Of a stretch of 32,034 bases of DNA, positions 25,143 through 32,034 are shown piece after piece. The position numbers and the translations under genes were made by a program. Numbering within the stretch: the first letter of the stretch is position 1; each line of letters opens with the position of its first letter. The stretch is from Octopus bimaculoides (Eukaryota). The stretch covers positions 1,765,289 through 1,797,322 of the forward strand of contig NC_068996.1 in assembly GCF_001194135.2 (NCBI RefSeq), given 5' to 3'. The notes beneath the pieces are model-generated. The model worked only from the letters and a program-made list of their open reading frames with translations. It was not told the origin of the DNA and did not search any database.

Positions 25143-25797
25143 GGTGGTTGTCTACTCCTTAAACAGAGCTTGACCACCTCCTGCACCTACACCTTAGCCC
25201 TTTCATGGCGTCTGATGTGGCTTTTTAAACCATACAGTGTTTTGAAAAAACACCCACACAGGTTGCACCTCTGATTTGCACTACCAATACCTGCAAGTAA
25301 GTTCTGCTCATTGTGGATCCTAACATGTCTTTTAAGACCCCCATTGGATTTGCAAACCCTCTGGCACACACCACATTCAAACGTGTGCACAGACATATAT
25401 ATAGGTCGCCACTCACGACGCCCCTAGACTGTTTCCACACATTTTTCCCATTCATTTCGATCTTCCATAATGATCTTCAGTTTCTGTACCCTTTCCATAC
25501 CAGTATCCTCCAGCAAGCTCTCTATACACATCGTCTTTCTCCTTCTTCTCCTTCTTCTCCTGGTTCTTCCTTCCGTTGGTATGCCTGATGCAGTGTCCAG
25601 CTAGTCTCATCCTTTTATGTTGTATCTTCAATGTTACTTTTGGTATGAGTCAGTGTTTGCTGTATGACTCTTCCAGGAGACACTTAGTGCCAATTTAGGC
25701 ATTCTCGTATAACAACCAACCAACTGCTTCTTCAATGCTGTGGTAAACGGTCATGTTTCAGCCCGGTTTAGAAGAGGAGATTCCACTGTTGCTAAAT
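25143..25797 (-). mobile_element. 5'-truncated RTE-clade LINE with C-terminal tandem C2H2 zinc fingers
   Basis: Minus translation LATVESPLLNRAET*PFTTALKKQLVGCYTRMPKLALSVSWKSHTAN...MRLAGHCIRH...LLEDTGMERVQKLKIIMEDRNEWEKCVETV*GRREWRPIYMSVHTFECGVC..., then a short 3' UTR ending in (AT)n. Confidence 0.85.
25187..25396 (-). pseudogene. Two intact C2H2 zinc-finger motifs (retroelement-borne, not a host gene)
   Basis: CGVC-x12-HVRIH and CNLC-x12-HIRRH in an uninterrupted 69-aa ORF. In frame with the upstream RT tail across one TAG at 25424-25426. Confidence 0.8.
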
Positions 25798-25821
25798 GTA
25801 TGTATGTATATATATATATAT

Positions 25822-25978
25822 AGGAGAATGTACGAAAAAACAACAACAGACGAGGACAGGTGGTGTAAACAACAAAAGGATGTAGTAGTATGACGCTCGG
25901 GAATACGGAAAGTCTTTAACGTTTCGAGCTACGCTCTTCAACAGAAAGAATACGGAGACAAGGAGAAAAACACGGAGT
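25822..25978 (-). mobile_element. Short Penelope-like terminal-repeat remnant, copy 2
   Basis: Reverse complement aligns with 13945-14108. Both copies end at the same point (attctcc) against a microsatellite. Confidence 0.65.
25913..25949 (-). ncRNA. Minimal type I hammerhead-ribozyme-like motif, variant core
   Basis: Minus strand TCTTT - CTGTTGAA - GAGC/GTA/GCTC - GAAA - CG - TT (GUU site) - AAAGA; 5-bp stem I and 4-bp stem II. Confidence 0.6.
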
Positions 25979-26895
25979 AAAAAAATTGAATAGTGTTCAG
26001 TCAACGGTCAATCATATATATGTATATATATGTATGTATGTATGTATATAAATGCATATATTCATGCATATATGTACATACTTACATATATGTNNNNNNN
26101 NNNNNNNNNNNNNNNNNNNNNNNNNNNNNNNNNNNNNNNNNNNNNNNNNNNNNNNNNNNNNNNNNNNNNNNNNNNNNNNNNNNNNNNNNNNNNNNNNNNN
26201 NNNNNNNNNNNNNNNNNNNNNNNNNNNNNNNNNNNNNNNNNNNNNNNNNNNNNNNNNNNNNNNNNNNNNNNNNNNNNNNNNNNNNNNNNNNNNNNNNNNN
26301 NNNNNNNNNNNNNNNNNNNNNNNNNNNNNNNNNNNNNNNNNNNNNNNNNNNNNNNNNNNNNNNNNNNNNNNNNNNNNNNNNNNNNNNNNNNNNNNNNNNN
26401 NNNNNNNNNNNNNNNNNNNNNNNNNNNNNNNNNNNNNNNNNNNNNNNNNNNNNNNNNNNNNNNNNNNNNNNNNNNNNNNNNNNNNNNNNNNNNNNNNNNN
26501 NNNNNNNNNNNNNNNNNNNNNNNNNNNNNNNNNNNNNNNNNNNNNNNNNNNNNNNNNNNNNNNNNNNNNNNNNNNNNNNNNNNNNNNNNNNNNNNNNNNN
26601 NNNNNNNNNNNNNNNNNNNNNNNNNNNNNNNNNNNNNNNNNNNNNNNNNNNNNNNNNNNNNNNNNNNNNNNNNNNNNNNNNNNNNNNNNNNNNNNNNNNN
26701 NNNNNAAAACGGTGAAGGGGAGAAAAAAGAATTAGAGAAAGTAAGAGAGAGAAAACGAAAGGGGAAAAGTATTTTGGTGGTGGGAGCAACTGTTTTTCGA
26801 AGCCTCATATTATTATTAATTGCTCGAAATATGGAGTAGATGAACAGCCGACAGCTAACGAAGGGTCGTTTTTTATGTTACTTGTCAGTGTTTTC

Positions 26896-27256
26896 CATCG
26901 GTTGTCAAGCGATGGTGAGGGGACAAACACAAACACACAAACACACAAACACTCAAACACGCGCGCGCACGCGAATGCGCGCGCGTGCACACACACACAC
27001 ACACACACATATATACGACGTGCTTCTTTCAGTTACCGTCTGCCAAATCCACTCACAAGGCTTTGGTCGGTCCGAGGTTATAGTAGAAGACACTTGCCCA
27101 AGGTGCAACGCAGTGGCACTGAACCCGGAACCATGTGGTTGGTAAGCAAGCTACGTACCACACAGCCACTCCTTCACCTATACCACACAGTCACTCCTGC
27201 GCCTATACGACACAGCCACTCCTGCGCCTATACCACACGGCCACTCCTGCGCCTAT
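26896..27256 (-). mobile_element. tRNA-derived CORE-type SINE, best-preserved head, 3' part missing
   Basis: Minus strand ggagtggctgtgtgg (A box), gggttcagtgcc (B-box-like), caccttgggcaagtgtcttc (CORE-like), internal (GT)n. Sequence similarity stops near ccatcggttgtcaagcg. Confidence 0.92.
27157..27256. repeat. 4 x 25-bp tandem repeat of the SINE 5' end
   Basis: Units start at 27157, 27182, 27207 and 27232; consensus accacacagccactcctgcgcctat. Confidence 0.95.
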
Positions 27257-27319
27257 ACATATAAAAGAACCATGTGAAATTTATTATAAATATAAAAGAA
27301 TGATATAATTTCTAATAGT

Positions 27320-28465
27320 AATAACGTTGGTGGTCGCAAGCTTAAAGCAGTATAGGCAAATTAGTGGGAGTACATGTATCTAAAACGGGTAATCAATGTA
27401 GTAGCCAGAGCACCCCTACAAGACGATGTTGAGGATCTAGAAGCTAACATTATGGAGAACATCCAGCAAATAACTAACTCCATCCATCAGAGTATATAAA
27501 TAACGATAGACTTCTCTAGTAAGCATCCTCACAACAGGTTACTCGTTTTAGATACTGAACTCTGGCTTGAAACGAAGAACGGTTAGGTCCAGATCCTTCA
27601 CTCTCATTTTGCCAAACCCATGGCCTTTAAGTACCTTGTTCACAAGAGCGCAACGGTTGAGGACAACGCCAAGTACAACATTCTGATAGATGACTTAGAG
27701 AAAATGATGAGGAATGTGTCTGGCATGTGCGACCCTGTGGAATTGGAAAGACACATACAACACTTCATCCACCACATGCAGTTCTCTGACTACAAATACA
27801 GGGACAGGATTAGAGTGTACAAAAGAGCCAGGACTAAGTACAAAGCCATCATTGAGTGTGATGCTAAGGGGATCTTCCTGCTGTACAGGAGTAATTCCTG
27901 GAACAGCACAGAAAGGATCAGTAATAAGATAAATAAGGCCAACACTTTGTATGGCAACAAAAAATATCAGAGTCCCCTGTTTGTTGATGCTACCTCTGGC
28001 GGCGAAATAGCATACCTTTTTAGAAAAACATTAATTAAAGCTAGTCTACGAATTAAAGTAGTGGAAAAGCCTGGTGCCCCTTTAAATTCCCTGATCTGCT
28101 GTACTTATCTCTTTGATAAGTTCCCCTGTATGGAGTACAATAGTATTGTATGCAGGATGAACCCACAGATTAACTGTTAGGTTAGGAATGTAGTATGTAG
28201 CTTACGATATACTGAAGGACAATGCAGAAACATGACAACTACCTATATCGAAGAGACTGCACGCATCATAGGAGCGCATATAGGTGGACATTGGTGAGAG
28301 CTCAATAAAGGGAAAAGCTCGTCAGTGCTTTACCTACATGCTCACGGTGCAATTAATAACATAGAGGTTAAAATACTATCGACAAATAGACAGATTACAA
28401 AAGCTACATACATAAAAGTAGACAGACCGAGCGTCAATAGAAAACATGAATGGAACAGTAACACC
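27320..28465 (+). mobile_element. Penelope-like element (Neptune-like): RT C-terminus, linker and GIY-YIG endonuclease
   Basis: Frame MENIQQITNSIHQSI*ITIDFSSKHPHNRLLVLDTELWLE...KPMAFKYLVHKSA...MQFSDY...LYRSNSW...SPLFVDAT...IKVVEKPG..., then NVVCSL...YIEETAR (GIY-YIG-like) and ATYIKVDRPSVNRKHEWNS. The endonuclease is C-terminal to RT. Confidence 0.85.
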
Positions 28466-29082
28466 CACCACACCACATGACTAAAGACAGTAGGGATGTG
28501 AAGAGAGAAGAGAGAGGAAGGAAAAAGAGAAAAGAGTAAAATGGGAGGAGAGAGAGGAAGTTAGAAAAAGGGGAAGAGAAGAAACGTAAATAATACACCG
28601 ATACATACAGAGCAATATACACTCAATAGACATATATACACCCAATACCTGTGTTACGTATGCGAAATAGAGACAGCTACAAAAAATAGATAAATGAATA
28701 GATAAATAAACGAATATAGAAATATATCTGCCACGTACTTGCGATAAATGTGAGACAGAGATAGATAAAGTAAATATATAAAACTATATGAAGGGCATGG
28801 ATACATTCGAAACAAACGCATGCATACACACAAATACACACACATGAAATCTCATGGACAGCCGTATGCTGTTAACAGCGCAATTAATTCGGTCAACAGT
28901 AGCAGCGGTGCCGACGATAGCAATAACAACAACAAAACTACCCACCATGCCAACACCGTGGATGAACACACACAGAGGAATAGAGGAACTATAACTTCCA
29001 CCTGTCATTTTTTCTCGGGTCTTAGGACAGCAGCAGCACATTGGGGTGAGAGTCTGGGACCGAGGGCTGCTACTGAAACTAT

Positions 29083-29084
<2 letters not shown>

Positions 29085-29127
<43 letters not shown>

Positions 29128-29140
29128 ACACACACACAAA
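29085..29140. repeat. (CA)n microsatellite; (TA)n also at 29324-29359
   Basis: Direct reading. Confidence 0.95.
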
Positions 29141-29320
29141 CAAACAAGAACAAAAGACGCATTTGCACACATCTTAAAAGAACAGAATGGAGTGAGTAGA
29201 GCAAGAACACACACGGAAATGAAAATTGTCACTGAAGAGGTCAGAGATGTGTGACGAAAGATTTCCGGACACTGGACATGAATTAAAGTAATAAAATAAG
29301 AACAGCAATAAACAAGTGAA

Positions 29321-29362
<42 letters not shown>

Positions 29363-30059
29363 CGTGTTTTTATTTGGGAAAAAAATAAATTAAAATAACA
29401 AATAAAAAAGTTTTAAAATGTCAGCCGTGGCAACCGGACGTGATTTTCAATGCTCTGTTTAGTAAGTAGTTGAAGAAACAGAAACCTTCTCAACTCAAAC
29501 ATCTCTAAATTTTAATTCCTAATTCTTGTGAAAGCTGCGATAAGAAATCAACACAGGATTAATTTTAACCCCATACTGCCTGCAATAACCTGTGGAAAAA
29601 GAAATGAGTACAGTATAAATTTATCCCGTGATTTTATTGATTATATTCGCACGTACATATGCATCCTGCGATTTTATTAAATTCATAGAACAGAATTCAG
29701 AATTTACGCCTAGACTTTTCACTTCACATTCATATATTTCTGTTGAAAACTCTCCCTTTAAAACTAACGACCACATATACAAGTCTATACATACCAAACT
29801 ATCACAGAATTTTGCAAAACTCAAACACTCTTCACTTTCGAACTACAAATTTCCTCATCAAAGCAAACATTTCTGCATTATCATATACATATCATATGCA
29901 TAAATTTTATCTTCAAGCATCTGTAAATATTTATCTCAAATACAAATACAATCTACACTAATTCTTCACAACTGTCGCATACGTTTCTACACAACTGAAC
30001 ACAAGGAGTAAATCAATAATTAACAAATATATTTTTCAAAAAAAAAAAAAGAAAAAAAC

Positions 30060-31330
30060 TCTAAGATAAACAAAATTGGTTTGAGAATATAATAGACTTT
30101 CTGATAAATTCATGGTACTGTCTTGCCCAAACGGAAAACAAAGACACATCATGCCGCGACCTAATAGCCAGACGTACAATTCAACTTTTCAGAAATCGCT
30201 CCAAGAAGCAGATTCAAAATAAACTTAAACAAATTGAAATGGTATTTAAATTAATTAATAGACATTTTGTAAAACTCCAACGTGTTTTCTCTTCAAATAC
30301 TGGTCAACACCAACAAAATAACAACAAAAACCACCACCGCAACAACAACAACAGCCACGGCAACAATAGCAATCATCTGGGCAACAAAAACAGCAACAAC
30401 AACAACCATCACAGCAACAACAACAACAACAGCAGCAACAGCAACTAGCACAGCAGGAGCAACTGACACAGCCTCAAGCTTTAACACTCCTTAATTCAAC
30501 CACAACTGATGACCGACTTAATGAAACGGTCAACTTCGCAGATTCGAGCTGTTCGCAGCCCATTCAACCAGATTTTGTTGCTCGCCCATTAAACCTTCAA
30601 CAGCAGCAGCAATTACAGCAACAAGAATCACAATAACAACATTAACAATTACAGCTACAACAACCACCTCAAAAACAGTAATAGACACAGCTTAAACCTG
30701 CTACCATCCCAATTTGTGATCAACCAATTAAATGCTTACTTGAAGATCCCTTAATGAATTTGCCAAACACAAATGTACATAAATTAAAATCTATGTCTCT
30801 CACAGCCTACACACGAAACCAAAAATATGCCGCTATTCACTACGCAAGAGGCTGTGCACAGACACTGATAGCAAATTCACTCATTTACCAGGGACTAGAC
30901 GCTTAATTCCTAGTCACAACAGCTGCTGCCATCAAAGTGCACAATCTAAAACAACGCCACTACCACCACCGCCACAAACTTCACCAAATACTAAATCAAA
31001 TTTGAAAAACCACTCCTGTTACACGGATCCCTAAAGTCTACCGCTATTCCCAGCGTAACAGATTATATCTACAGCATATTTGTCCATTTACCCATCGTCA
31101 ACCAAATAAAAATATAAACGGGACCCCTAACCAATACAAAACCCACAACCACAAACATTTTCAGTTCTCCAAACAGAATTCTTTTAGCTATAATGAATCT
31201 GTCAAAAGAGCTACAAAAGAACATTCTAGGCATCACTCAATGCCACCCCACCACCACCCTATTGCACAAACTCCCACTGATGCCATTAACAAGCAAATCA
31301 CCAAAACAGTCATGATCTATCACCACTATC
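30060..31330 (+). pseudogene. Decayed ORF1 of a CR1/L2-group LINE (helical N-terminus, polyQ, RRM-like segment, degenerate CCCH)
   Basis: Stop-free frame 30065-30300 (NWFENIIDFLINSWYC...KQIEMVFKLIN). PolyQ frame 30320-30680 with stops at CAA/CAG-derived TAA/TAG. NQKYAAIHY at about 30817-30843 and PKV(Y)RYSQRNR...ICPFTH at 31030-31095. Lies directly upstream of an APE domain. Confidence 0.55.
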
Positions 31331-31334
31331 GCCT

Positions 31335-31760
31335 CAACATATTTGCTTAATGCATAAGGCGTCAGCCCTTTCTAATACCCCAAAATGGAAGATCCAGTTT
31401 ATTTTGGAACCCGTGTTAACGACCATCCACACTATATCTCTTTTTTTCGTCCTCACAGAGACCCATCTCAATAAACTCCACTTGGAAGCTGAGGTGAGAG
31501 TGAAGAATTTTACAGCCATCTGTGCAGAAGAAAGGGTGAGACCGCCATTTTCGTGCACGATTCTTTTTCACCCGAAGCAATGGACGTATTTACCAATGAC
31601 TAATGTGAGGTAGCTTCTGTGCATAGTAAAAGCAACAATGTAATAGTAGTTGGGCTCTATAGGCCACCCCTAGATCCTTTTCTACGCTTCAAGGAATGCC
31701 TCAACAATATTAAGTGTTTCCTCCAGCAGTGTCATGCTGACAACATATTAATGATGAGGG
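31335..31760 (+). mobile_element. LINE ORF2 apurinic-type endonuclease (APE) domain, CR1/L2 group, truncated
   Basis: YLLNA*GVSP..., FVLTETHLNKLHLEAEVRVKNF, AIFVHDSF, CEVASVHSKSNNVIVVGLYRPP, FKECLNNIK...NILMMRD; these are decayed versions of the ETHL, YRPP and GDFN motifs. Confidence 0.85.
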
Positions 31761-32034
31761 ACCCCCTCTCTTAATCCACCTTCCCACTCTTATACCCACC
31801 CTCTCTCCTCTCTTCCTCTCCCCTCCCATACCCATCTTCCCCCTCTCTTACATCCACCTTCCCCTTCTCCCTCCTCGTCAACACCCTCTCATAAGCTCAT
31901 CCCACCACACCCCAACACACTCCTACTCTACCTTCCCACTCCATCCCATCCAATTCCTTACACCCACCACCCACCCCTACCCACATACCCCTACCTCTAC
32001 CCCACCCTAAGCCTAACCCACACTCCACCCATGC
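31761..32034. repeat. C-rich low-complexity tract, almost G-free on the plus strand
   Basis: Degenerate ccctctc/cccac/cctacc units running to the window edge. Confidence 0.85.

Noticed and set aside
25187-25396. Host C2H2 zinc-finger gene
   Set aside because: There is no TGEKP linker, it is in frame with an RTE tail, and it is followed by a LINE-type 3' end with a simple-repeat tail.
27157-27256. CRISPR-like array
   Set aside because: The repeats are directly adjacent with no spacers, in a eukaryotic SINE context.
30506-30531. CTGATGA...GAAACGGTC, a perfect-looking hammerhead core
   Set aside because: The sequence between the core halves (ccgacttaat) cannot form stem II and the flanks do not form stem I. 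It lies in the ORF1 frame (TDDRLNETV) and is better explained as a chance 6-bp hairpin.
32003-32020. Telomere-like ccctaagcctaaccc
   Set aside because: Only two imperfect units within a C-rich tract, which is expected by chance.

Overview
AT-rich eukaryotic DNA from a gapped draft assembly. It has six N-gaps and extremely dense di- and tetranucleotide microsatellites. The repeat landscape resembles an octopus genome, which is my inference from recalled repeat families and was not searched. I found no convincing host-gene exon; nearly all ORF-track entries are microsatellite or gap artefacts. The window is a graveyard of retroelements: Tx1/L1-like LINEs (714-2270, 14230-16065), RTE LINEs (5200-6028, 25143-25797), CR1/L2-group LINEs (19777-21365, 30060-31760), a Neptune-like Penelope element (27320-28465) and several tRNA-derived SINEs. 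It also holds two inverted-repeat elements: a 174-bp-arm palindrome at 3261-3634 and a 2.36-kb element with ~213-bp TIRs at 17053-19409. The best leads are two copies of a variant minimal hammerhead-ribozyme fold in a short Penelope-like repeat, a SINE/LINE pair sharing a 3' tail, an RTE RT tail in frame with two intact C2H2 fingers, and a Tx1 copy embedded at both ends in (TATC)n.
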